Notes under the pieces: generated by a model | What the model was told of the DNA's origin: nothing | Databases searched by the model: none | What the model saw: only the letters and a program-made list of their open reading frames with translations | Program-made: the position numbers and the translations under genes | Part shown: positions 1-7,250 of the stretch, one piece after another | How the letters are laid out: each line of letters begins with the position of its first letter | Position numbering within the stretch: position 1 is the first letter of the stretch | Assembly: GCA_964534535.1 (NCBI GenBank) | Contig: CAZHPP010000001.1 | Coordinates: 1 to 36,832 of the forward strand | Reading direction: 5' to 3' | Source: an uncultured Victivallales bacterium | Lineage (GTDB): Bacteria; Verrucomicrobiota; Lentisphaeria; Victivallales; UBA1829 | Length of the DNA: 36,832 nt

Positions 1-1
1 G

Positions 2-73
2 AAGAGAACTTTCGAGGCTTTGCGAGAAAGCGGCGAGAAAAAATTCGAGCCGTCGCCCCCCGACGAGCAGTAA
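2..73 (+). CDS. Possible 3' end of an upstream gene (partial; ...KRTFEALRESGEKKFEPSPPDEQ*)
   Basis: Frame 2 is open from the window edge to TAA at 71-73, and a GC-rich hairpin follows immediately. No family is recognisable. Frame 1 is also open here, so the call is weak. Confidence 0.25.
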   Translation, partial: KRTFEALRESGEKKFEPSPPDEQ

Positions 74-94
74 GGCCGCATCCTTTTTGCGGCC
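74..94 (+). terminator. Stem-loop directly after the upstream stop codon (GGCCGCA-tcctttt-TGCGGCC)
   Basis: Perfect 7-bp inverted repeat with a 7-nt loop, starting 1 nt after TAA. No clear T-tract follows, so intrinsic-terminator status is tentative. Confidence 0.35.
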
Positions 95-240
95 GCCGGA
101 TCCGGGAAGGCCGCGGACATGGAACGAAACACGGATGGCATGCAGAGATTTTTCCCTTTGTATTTATCTTGGAAGATTTGTTTTCCGGAGCCGTACCTGC
201 CGCGTTTCAAAAAAACAGTAATGCTTTTTCGCCGGGAAAC

Positions 241-268
241 TTGATTTTTCCATGGAAAGCTGTATTTT
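241..268 (+). promoter_or_regulatory. Candidate sigma70-type promoter for the 304-2711 operon (TTGATT-16-TATTTT)
   Basis: TTGATT at 241-246, 16-nt spacer, TATTTT at 263-268, about 35 nt upstream of the ATG at 304. The spacer contains the perfect 10-bp palindrome TTCCATGGAA (248-257). Hexamers are only partial matches to consensus. Confidence 0.3.
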
Positions 269-303
269 ACTTATCATAAGAAAACAATTCGGAGAACCAA
301 ATT

Positions 304-864
304 ATGCCGGAAGCATCGAATCGGACGGCCGGAACGGCCGGGCAGGTCATCGCCATTTTCACGAAGATTTCACGCACGGCGCTGATCGTGAGGGGCATCC
401 TCTTTATCGTATTCGGACTCCTTGTCCTTGCAAATCCAAACGGATTCTTCAAGATTCTCACAATAGCGGCCGGAATCGTCATCCTGCTGGAAGGCGCGGT
501 CCTTCTGACAGCCGCGCTGAACGGACCGGCCGGGTCGGGAAGAATTCTGCGGATCGTGCTTGCAGTTCTGGTCCTGCTGTTCGGAATCGCGGCGCTGACC
601 GTTCCTCTGCAGGTCGACAAACTGTTCGCCGTGGTCCTGGGAATCTGGCTCGCGGCGGGGGGAATTGAAGGACTTGCCGCGCTTTCCGCGGCAGGCCGGG
701 CCAGGACCATGGCAGTCGTTTCCTCCCTGATTGCGCTCGCGGCCGGAATCGTTCTGATCGTCCTGCCGTTTGCGGGGATTACCGCGATCGGATGGATCAT
801 CGGACTTCTTCTGATTTTCGCCGGGGCCTTCCAGTCCGCGGCCGGAATGGCAATGAAAGCTTAA
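304..864 (+). CDS. HdeD/DUF308-like small polytopic membrane protein (186 aa)
   Basis: ATG with GGAGA 8 nt upstream. About six hydrophobic helices carry the repeated Gly/Leu/Ile pattern (RGILFIVFGLLVLANP, GIVILLEGAVLL, GWIIGLLLIFAG) typical of HdeD-like proteins. Overlapping ORFs 252-668(+), 267-800(-) and 370-993(-) are Arg/Pro/Gly-rich shadows. Confidence 0.8.
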   Translation: MPEASNRTAGTAGQVIAIFTKISRTALIVRGILFIVFGLLVLANPNGFFKILTIAAGIVILLEGAVLLTAALNGPAGSGRILRIVLAVLVLLFGIAALTVPLQVDKLFAVVLGIWLAAGGIEGLAALSAAGRARTMAVVSSLIALAAGIVLIVLPFAGITAIGWIIGLLLIFAGAFQSAAGMAMKA

Positions 865-883
865 CCCACCGGAGAATTTCTCC

Positions 884-1363
884 ATGCCCGATTCTGAAGA
901 CAAGATCAAACTCAGCGACCTGATCGGGGACCGCTTCGCCGTCATCGGTGGAAAACCTTCCAAACTCGAAGTGATCTCCGAGCTCGTCGGCATGATGTTG
1001 GACGTGGAGGGAATGGCCTCCCGCGACGATCTGGAATGGGGCGTGCTTCACAGGGAAAGCATCCTGAGCACCGGAATCGGCAACGGGATCGCCGTGCCGC
1101 ACGCCCGTCTTGACACGCTTGACGGCGCATGGTGTTCCGGGGCGCTCATTCCCGGGGGAATCCCGGACTACCAGACTCCGGATTCCCAGCCCGTCCGTCT
1201 GGTCTTCCTGATCGTCTGCGGCGGAGAGCAGAGGGCGCTCCATCTGAAGATTCTCAGCGTGGTGGGTTCCCTGTTCTTCGACGGCCGGCTCAAGGCCGCC
1301 TTCCTCGCCTCGCCGGAAAAGAACAGCTGTCTGCAGATCCTTCACCGCGCAGAAAACATCTGA
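884..1363 (+). CDS. ptsN: PTS EIIA type-2 domain protein, nitrogen-regulatory PtsN-like (159 aa)
   Basis: Contains STGIGNGIAVPHARL, the phospho-histidine loop of the EIIA(Ntr)/EIIA(Fru) family. Length and the downstream VRLVFLIV...HLKILS pattern match PtsN. GGAGA lies 8 nt upstream of the ATG, and the gene starts 19 nt after the previous gene. Confidence 0.85.
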   Translation: MPDSEDKIKLSDLIGDRFAVIGGKPSKLEVISELVGMMLDVEGMASRDDLEWGVLHRESILSTGIGNGIAVPHARLDTLDGAWCSGALIPGGIPDYQTPDSQPVRLVFLIVCGGEQRALHLKILSVVGSLFFDGRLKAAFLASPEKNSCLQILHRAENI

Positions 1364-1371
1364 GGTTTTTT

Positions 1372-2151
1372 ATGAACTTTCGCGAATGCACTGACAAACT
1401 GAGAAAATATCCGACCGCCGCGGCCGTGCTCGTGTTCGCGGCTCTTTTTTCCATCCTGCTGGTTCCGTCCCTGTCCCTGCGCCTGCCCGCATTTTACATG
1501 CTGTGGGCGCTCGGAATCCTGCTGGCCGCCCAGATCTGGTTCTGTTTCCGGGAGGATGTCTCCTACAAGGTTTCCGGGATCGTCCCGGCCTGGATCGAAC
1601 TCGGAATCGGCTTCCTGTTTCTGGTTTACGGACAGTCGCGTGACATCAGCCTTTTCTTCGTGATTCTGGCCGTGAGCTCCTATGCGGGCGGCATAATCTA
1701 CGGACTCAAGATGATCGCTCCGCTCGGTCTGCTTCTGGTCGCCGCTCCGTACCTGCAGCAGTGCGACCAGCTCCTGAATCAGGCGTTGGGAAGTCTGTTT
1801 TCCCTTTTCCCCGCCCACGGTTCCGGGGGGGCCGTAGTCCTGACGATCGCGAAATCCTATGAGCCGAGCGCTTTCCTGTATGCGCTTCTCGGAATGCTCC
1901 TGGCCGCGTTCGCCGTCACCACGTTCTGCTACCGGACGGTCTGGTCGAGGATCTTCGCGTATCTTCCGGTGTTTCCGCTCTATGTCGCCGCGATGTTCGT
2001 TTCCTGGCTGATCCTCCGGGGCGGATCGACCGCGGGCGGCCGGGCGTGGGTGGTTACGGGAATGTGCGTCCTTGCGATTCTTCCCATGCTTTTGTTCGGG
2101 CTCCGGAACCTCAGAATGGAACGTGCAAAACAACAGAAAGCCGCAATATGA
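1372..2151 (+). CDS. Polytopic membrane protein, function unknown (259 aa)
   Basis: ATG at 1372 with GAGG 6 nt upstream, 8 nt after the ptsN stop. About 7-8 hydrophobic segments. The longer ORF from 1129 overlaps ptsN in another frame and encodes Arg/Pro-rich sequence, so the internal start is preferred. Confidence 0.7.
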   Translation: MNFRECTDKLRKYPTAAAVLVFAALFSILLVPSLSLRLPAFYMLWALGILLAAQIWFCFREDVSYKVSGIVPAWIELGIGFLFLVYGQSRDISLFFVILAVSSYAGGIIYGLKMIAPLGLLLVAAPYLQQCDQLLNQALGSLFSLFPAHGSGGAVVLTIAKSYEPSAFLYALLGMLLAAFAVTTFCYRTVWSRIFAYLPVFPLYVAAMFVSWLILRGGSTAGGRAWVVTGMCVLAILPMLLFGLRNLRMERAKQQKAAI

Positions 2152-2711
2152 AAAATAAACTTGTCTGGAAATTTGTTCTGCTGTTCGTTTCCTGCATTCC
2201 GTTCCTGCTTCTGCTGCCGGAATGGCTGCCGGGGCTGCCGTGGTTTGATTCCGCATTCATGGTCCTTTCCGCGCTCCTGCTGGGATTCCTGGTCTGGCGG
2301 CGGCACAAGGAGGCGCTCTCCCACGACTGGTACGGCCTTCTGCTGGCGGTTCCCGCGGCGGCCGCCGCGCTGGTTTCCTTCCTGATGATGCGGGGCGGGC
2401 ATGTGCACACGGAGCTGTTCCTTGCGGGCGGCACGGTGCTGTTCGGATTCGGGATGCTGTGGGTGCTGTTCGGATGGCGGCTGTTCTATCGGCTGTTTCC
2501 CGTGCCGCTGCTTCTGATGCTCAGTTTCCCGACCGACATGGCAAAAGATTATTTTCCGGGGATCACTCCGCAGTGGAAGTTCGCAATCGCCGCCGCGCTC
2601 TGCATTTACGCATTGTTCGCGCTGCTGACCGATTTCAATCCGATCCGCAGGCGCACGGCGTTCTTTGCCGGCGGAGTCATTCTTTACGCACTGCTGTTTG
2701 CGGCTGTCTGA
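2148..2711 (+). CDS. Polytopic membrane protein, function unknown (187 aa)
   Basis: ATGA start/stop overlap with the previous gene (ATG 2148-2150, TGA 2149-2151). About 6 hydrophobic segments follow MKNKLVWKFVLLFVSCIPFLLLL. Confidence 0.7.
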   Translation: MKNKLVWKFVLLFVSCIPFLLLLPEWLPGLPWFDSAFMVLSALLLGFLVWRRHKEALSHDWYGLLLAVPAAAAALVSFLMMRGGHVHTELFLAGGTVLFGFGMLWVLFGWRLFYRLFPVPLLLMLSFPTDMAKDYFPGITPQWKFAIAAALCIYALFALLTDFNPIRRRTAFFAGGVILYALLFAAV

Positions 2712-2846
2712 ACAGCCGCTGGGGGGAAAAACAATGAGAAAAAGCACATCTGTTTCGCAGAACATTCCGCGGTCCCGCATCGACGGACTCACGCAAAACG
2801 GCCCATTTTACATTTTGTTTCATCGAAAAACAGGAGCTGAAATTTC

Positions 2847-3254
2847 ATGAAAGTCAGGGAAACTGCGGAAGAACGAAAATTCGCCGTCTTGTTCAAGAAC
2901 ATTACGGCCAGATACGGCGTCAGGAACGTCGCAATGGCAAAAAAACTCGGAGTGACCAGCCAGTATATTTCCAAGCTTTTCCGGGGAACCACGCTCCCCA
3001 GCCGCGAACAGATGGACAGCATTCTCGAACTGCTTGGTCCGGCCGGGGTCTCCAGCGAGGAAATGCGTTCCCTCATCAGCTGTTTCATCGAGGACAAGAC
3101 CGGGTATTTCTACGAACTGCCCGATCTTCAGTTTTCCGCCCGGACCCAGCTGGAGCGGAAACTCCTTTCCGACTTCCGGATGCTTTCTTCCGCGAACAAG
3201 AAGAGCATGCTGGCCGAAATCAACCGTCTGCTGATTGATTCCCTCAAGGTCTGA
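2847..3254 (+). CDS. XRE/Cro-type helix-turn-helix transcriptional regulator (135 aa)
   Basis: AGGAG lies 10 nt upstream of the ATG. VAMAKKLGVTSQYISKLFRGTTLPSREQMDSILELLG fits the HTH_3 pattern (helix-turn-helix followed by the 'P-s-x-x-x-l-x-x-i' helix). Confidence 0.75.
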   Translation: MKVRETAEERKFAVLFKNITARYGVRNVAMAKKLGVTSQYISKLFRGTTLPSREQMDSILELLGPAGVSSEEMRSLISCFIEDKTGYFYELPDLQFSARTQLERKLLSDFRMLSSANKKSMLAEINRLLIDSLKV

Positions 3255-4290
3255 CCAGTCCGTATTTCCTGAAAAAGTCCGTCTTTTCCGGGAGGATGAA
3301 TGCAATGATCCGTCCTGTCCGGAAGACTCGCCTTCCCCCTGAGAATGTGAAATCCGGAAGCCCGCTGCAGAGGTCCAGTTCGATCGTCTGATCTCCGGAA
3401 ACATCGCCCGGCGATTCGCAGAACACGCAGCATTCGCCCGGTCTGATGCCCAGCCCGAAATCGCTGTAATCCGTGCACCAGTCCGGCTGCATGACTGCAA
3501 AATAGCGGTAGGGCCCCGGGAACTGCGGCTTCAGCGTGAACTTCACTACGCATCCCTCCTTTCCGCCCTCCCAGGCCGCGGCTCCGTACTCCATATCCCA
3601 GTTATACGGGACCTGTTCCGTTTCGACGCTGGAAAGAATGCCGTCGGCGTCCCAGGAATACCCTGTGTATTCGATCTCCACTTCAAATCCGGCGGAACGG
3701 AATCCCCTGCAGGCCGGCGCGAACGTTCCTTCCGGCGCATTCACGGTTCCGGCTCCGTTTTCCGCCAGCATCAGCGGATGCCACGAATCCAGTTCCATCA
3801 GCCGGAAGATATTCTGAAAATACCGCATGTCAAGGAAGGAGGCCGACCACGGAAACAGATGGTCGATCGTCTGCGTCTGTTCGTATTTTCCCAGACGGTC
3901 CTTCCCGAACCAGGGAAACCAGCCGAACGATTCCGCCGCATGCTGTTCCCAAAGCGTCTGAGAGGCGGAACGGGTCCTGTGAATCTGCGGATACCGTGCC
4001 GGCGCGGTCGAATTCATGTTCCGGAGCGTGACGGCGGAACGGCCGTCCTCCGGAGTCTGGAGCCACGGAAAGGACATGTCTTCCATGGCAAGAAGTCCGA
4101 AGGCAAGGTAAATGGTCCCGAACCATGTCGACTTGAGCTGTTCGAACGGAACCGGGTCAGCCTCCAGCGTGGAGGCAAACCACTGCGGAAGGGCTCCGTG
4201 ACTGCGGACGGACCGGAATTCCAGCAGTTCCACCGCTGCATCGCGCAGGGCCAGCCATCCCGGCTGCGCGGGAATGAAATTCAGGTCCAT
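3244..4290 (-). CDS. Hypothetical protein, no recognisable family (348 aa; third gene of the orphan operon)
   Basis: Long ORF on the minus strand. The ATG at 4290 is preceded by AGGTGG 5 nt upstream and overlaps the upstream gene's stop (4281-4283); an in-frame GTG at 4299 is an alternative start. Balanced, Trp/Phe-rich composition, unlike the Arg/Gly-rich opposite-strand ORFs. Its 3' end overlaps the convergent HTH gene by 11 nt. Confidence 0.65.
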   Translation of the reverse strand: MDLNFIPAQPGWLALRDAAVELLEFRSVRSHGALPQWFASTLEADPVPFEQLKSTWFGTIYLAFGLLAMEDMSFPWLQTPEDGRSAVTLRNMNSTAPARYPQIHRTRSASQTLWEQHAAESFGWFPWFGKDRLGKYEQTQTIDHLFPWSASFLDMRYFQNIFRLMELDSWHPLMLAENGAGTVNAPEGTFAPACRGFRSAGFEVEIEYTGYSWDADGILSSVETEQVPYNWDMEYGAAAWEGGKEGCVVKFTLKPQFPGPYRYFAVMQPDWCTDYSDFGLGIRPGECCVFCESPGDVSGDQTIELDLCSGLPDFTFSGGRRVFRTGRIIAFILPEKTDFFRKYGLVRP

Positions 4291-4832
4291 CGGATCCACC
4301 TGTCGCTGATCCGGACCGGTCCGTACTGGATCTGGTCGATCCGCACGACTCCGATCAGGGCGAGCGGGATCACGGTCATCTGCGGATCGCCGTACGGCTG
4401 AGTTTCCGTGGCCGGATTCAATTCCCCGGGACGGTCGGCAAATCCGGTGGAATACCGGAAGGCGGATTCCCAGTAGCGGATGATCAGACAGAGATACGTC
4501 TCATAGTCTGTTCCCGCGTGAAATGCGTTCACCCATGCCTCCGGCAGCGCAATATCCCCGAACCGGGAAACGGTCTGGACGTTTTCCATTTCCTCGGACC
4601 CGAAAAAGACCGGATTGAAGTTCTGACCGGTGTTGTTGTGAAAACGGCTGTTGCCGACCCGCACCGTTGTTTCGGAACTGAACCAGACGGAGAACGGTCC
4701 CGTGCCGCTGTCTTCGCCCTCGCGGGGAAGAGCCGGATACGTCTTCCTTCCGGCGGAAAGATTCCGCTTCCATTCCGCAGCGGAGCGGACTGCGGCCACC
4801 GCCGCAGGAGTCGCTTCCAGAAAACGCGCCAT
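4281..4832 (-). CDS. Hypothetical protein, no recognisable family (183 aa; second gene of the orphan operon)
   Basis: ATG at 4832 lies 3 nt after the upstream stop (4836-4838), with AAGGGGAG upstream. No signal peptide, TM segment or known motif was seen. Confidence 0.65.
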   Translation of the reverse strand: MARFLEATPAAVAAVRSAAEWKRNLSAGRKTYPALPREGEDSGTGPFSVWFSSETTVRVGNSRFHNNTGQNFNPVFFGSEEMENVQTVSRFGDIALPEAWVNAFHAGTDYETYLCLIIRYWESAFRYSTGFADRPGELNPATETQPYGDPQMTVIPLALIGVVRIDQIQYGPVRISDRWIRWT

Positions 4833-4835
4833 GGG

Positions 4836-5786
4836 TCACACTCCCCTTTCCGGGAATTTCAGAACTCCCCAGGAACATCTGCGTTTTTCCCGGAAGGACA
4901 GAATCTCCGGGCTGAGTTTCGATCCGTACTGATCTGTCTTGAGCGCCCCTTGGCCGTTGAGCCACATCTCATAATCGACGGGCGCGCTCCAGCGCACGTC
5001 CGGCTCACTGGAAAACCATGCGCCGCCGAAGGAATATCTCCCATTGCTGGTCGAATTCCTCACGGCATACTGAATCCGCTGCTGCTGGCCTTCCTGAATA
5101 AAACAGACGCTTTTATCCGGAAACCGCCGCAGAAATCCGTGCGGATTCAGCTCAAGGCGGGCCTCGATCAGGACATCGTCGGAATTTTCCAGAGACTTTG
5201 CGGAAAGCGAACGGATCAGCCCCTTTTCCGTCCCGACCGCCATGCCGCAGACCCGAAGCGGTCCCGCATTCACCGTGTCCGCATATTCCTGAATCCAGTC
5301 CGGATTGAAATACCGGAGATAGTAGGAAAACCCCAGAATTACGCTCATCTGAACGGTATTTGCCTGAATTTCCGTGCCTGCGGAGGACACTACCGGGCGG
5401 GTCGGATTCCCCTCGGAATCCGTTTCGTCGTAAGAAAACTGAAACGGCACGACCGTCTCCGCAGAGGACACGGAAACGTGAAACGCCTTTCCAATCGGAA
5501 GATCCTTCGAATCGGCGCTTCCGCCGTAATCGGGTTCTGTATATTCGCACCGGACGGTGGAAAGTGTCTGGTTTCCGCTGCGCTTCGGCGAAATTTCGAT
5601 CTTCGAACATTTCAGTTCGGGGAGTTCCGGAAAGGAATCGCCCTCCTTCGGGAAGTTGTTGTGACGGAACAGGTCCGCCGGGCTTTCGCCTTCCGAACTC
5701 AGGAAGAGAAAGCTCCGGACGGCGCTTTTCCTGCCCGACTCCACGGTAATTCTTCCGCAGACGCTGCCTTTGCATGTGACCGCCAT
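4836..5786 (-). CDS. Hypothetical protein, no recognisable family (316 aa; first gene of the orphan operon)
   Basis: ATG at 5786 (MAVTCKGSV...) is preceded by AGGAG (complement of 5794-5798) with a 7-nt spacer. The ORF-track start at 5828 lacks an RBS. No signal peptide or known motif was seen. Confidence 0.65.
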   Translation of the reverse strand: MAVTCKGSVCGRITVESGRKSAVRSFLFLSSEGESPADLFRHNNFPKEGDSFPELPELKCSKIEISPKRSGNQTLSTVRCEYTEPDYGGSADSKDLPIGKAFHVSVSSAETVVPFQFSYDETDSEGNPTRPVVSSAGTEIQANTVQMSVILGFSYYLRYFNPDWIQEYADTVNAGPLRVCGMAVGTEKGLIRSLSAKSLENSDDVLIEARLELNPHGFLRRFPDKSVCFIQEGQQQRIQYAVRNSTSNGRYSFGGAWFSSEPDVRWSAPVDYEMWLNGQGALKTDQYGSKLSPEILSFREKRRCSWGVLKFPERGV

Positions 5787-5921
5787 ATAAAATCTCCTGT
5801 GTTGACTGCCGACGGCGCCCCGTGTCAACCGGAACCGGCCCCGCCCCCCTGCATTTTCGCGTTTTTTTCATGCGGCGCATGCGGAAAACCGTAAATTCTG
5901 CGGGGCAGATTTCCAACAAAA

Positions 5922-5938
5922 TTCAAGTTCAACTTGAA
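5922..5938. promoter_or_regulatory. 17-nt palindrome TTCAAGTT-C-AACTTGAA overlapping a candidate promoter of the ATPase gene
   Basis: Perfect 8-bp arms around one central base. It overlaps a TTGAAA -35-like hexamer (5934-5939), followed by a 17-nt spacer, a TG and TACTTT (5957-5962), about 35 nt before the ATG at 5998. Confidence 0.35.
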
Positions 5939-5997
5939 ATCTGTATAACATTGTGATACTTTATGAGCGGAGTTCTGCAATCAGGGGAGGCTCGACA

Positions 5998-7164
5998 ATG
6001 ATTCACAGAGAAATTCAGGCACAACTGAAGAAACTGACCGGAATGTATCCGGTCGTCACCATTACCGGCCCGAGACAATCCGGAAAGACTACGCTGGCAA
6101 AGATGACATTTCCGGATTACCGATACGTCAGTCTGGAGAATCCCGATGTGCGGCAAATGGCCGAGACCGATCCAAGAGGTCTTTTGAAAAGCTATGCGCC
6201 TCCGGTGATCTTTGACGAAATCCAGCGGGTGCCGACTCTTCTGGGGTATCTCCAGACAATTGTCGATGAGAAGAAAGACTGCGGACAATACATTCTGACC
6301 GGCAGTCATCAGCCGATGCTGAGCGAAGGGATTTCACAGTCGCTGGCCGGACGAACCGGAATTCTGCGGCTGCTTCCGCTTTCCATCACCGAGCTTTCCG
6401 CAGCCGGGATCGCCATGGAGCACGATCAATACATCAGCAAAGGGTTCATGCCGAGACTTTATGACTCTCCGCTGGATGCAAAGAATCTTTATCGCGACTA
6501 CTTTTCCACCTATGTGGAGAAGGATGTGCGCATGATGCTGAATGTCAAGAATCTCGGGGCTTTTGAAACTTTTGTAAAACTGCTGGCCGGACGGATCGGG
6601 CAACTGGTTAATCTGTCATCGCTGTCGGGAGAGATCGGAGTCTCCACGACAACGCTCAGGGAATGGCTCTCCGTGCTGGAGGCAAGTTTCATCGTCTGTC
6701 AGCTTCCCTGCTACTATGAAAATTTCGGGAAACGGCTGGTCAAAAGTAAAAAACTCTATTTTTCCGAAGTCGGGCTTGCCGCGTGGCTTTTGGGAATCGA
6801 GACGCCGGAGCAGGCGATGCGTGATCCTCTGTTTGGCGGACTTTTTGAAAACATGGTCGTCATGGAAGCCATGAAGACCAGATTCAATGCAGGGGAGTTG
6901 CCGAACCTCTATTTTCTGCGGGATTCGCAGGGACTTGAGGCCGATCTTGTCTATCAGAAAGATCACAGCACGCTGATCCCGGTCGAAATTAAAAGCAGTA
7001 TGACCTGGAATCGGGATTTTTGCAGAAATCTTCTGAAGCTGCGAAAACTTTCCGATAAATTCACCCCCGGTTATGTAGTTTATGCAGGCAGTCTGACGCC
7101 GGAAATTGAAGGAATTCGATTCCTGAATTTTAGAAACACGGCCTCTTTTGTGAAAGAGTCATAA
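5998..7164 (+). CDS. AAA-family ATPase with C-terminal DUF4143 / PD-(D/E)xK-like domain (COG1373-type, 388 aa)
   Basis: AGGGGAGG lies 7 nt upstream of the ATG. Walker A is ITGPRQSGKTTL and Walker B is PVIFDEIQ. The C-terminal GLEADLVY...LIPVEIKSS matches the E-x-D ... E-x-K signature of the DUF4143 nuclease-like fold. Sampled 60-nt stretches are about 47% GC, against about 60% in the next gene. Confidence 0.85.
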   Translation: MIHREIQAQLKKLTGMYPVVTITGPRQSGKTTLAKMTFPDYRYVSLENPDVRQMAETDPRGLLKSYAPPVIFDEIQRVPTLLGYLQTIVDEKKDCGQYILTGSHQPMLSEGISQSLAGRTGILRLLPLSITELSAAGIAMEHDQYISKGFMPRLYDSPLDAKNLYRDYFSTYVEKDVRMMLNVKNLGAFETFVKLLAGRIGQLVNLSSLSGEIGVSTTTLREWLSVLEASFIVCQLPCYYENFGKRLVKSKKLYFSEVGLAAWLLGIETPEQAMRDPLFGGLFENMVVMEAMKTRFNAGELPNLYFLRDSQGLEADLVYQKDHSTLIPVEIKSSMTWNRDFCRNLLKLRKLSDKFTPGYVVYAGSLTPEIEGIRFLNFRNTASFVKES

Positions 7165-7182
7165 CCGACTGCCGGCATTCCG

Positions 7183-7200
7183 CCGTTTTCCGGAAAACGG
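7183..7200 (+). terminator. Intrinsic-terminator-like hairpin after the ATPase gene (CCGTTTTCC/GGAAAACGG)
   Basis: 18-nt perfect palindrome starting 19 nt after the stop at 7164. It is followed by the T-rich GCTTTCATTTTCGG. Confidence 0.55.
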
Positions 7201-7250
7201 GCTTTCATTTTCGGAATTCTGCTGTATAGTTCGTACCGGAGGCTGGAACC

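Noticed and set aside
252-993. ORFs 252-668(+), 267-800(-) and 370-993(-)
   Set aside because: All three overlap the HdeD-like gene. They are Arg/Gly/Pro/Ser-rich and lack the membrane-helix periodicity seen in the 304-864 frame.
1129-1371. N-terminal extensions of the two membrane-protein ORFs (1129-1371 and 2046-2147)
   Set aside because: Both overlap the preceding genes out of frame and encode Arg/Pro/Gly-rich sequence. Internal ATGs with an SD site or an ATGA overlap give compact operon geometry.
1372-2711. Idea that the two polytopic membrane proteins are exosortase/archaeosortase-like
   Set aside because: I could not find the conserved Cys, Arg and His signature residues in the expected TM context. 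Only generic hydrophobic helices are visible.
4518-5894. 458-aa plus-strand ORF opposite the orphan operon (also 3778-4401, 207 aa)
   Set aside because: The minus-strand genes have no homology support, so I weighed this one carefully. The plus-strand frames are very Arg/Pro/Gly-rich. They lack SD sequences and cross the minus-strand gene junctions. The minus-strand frames have balanced composition, three well-placed SD sites and start/stop coupling.
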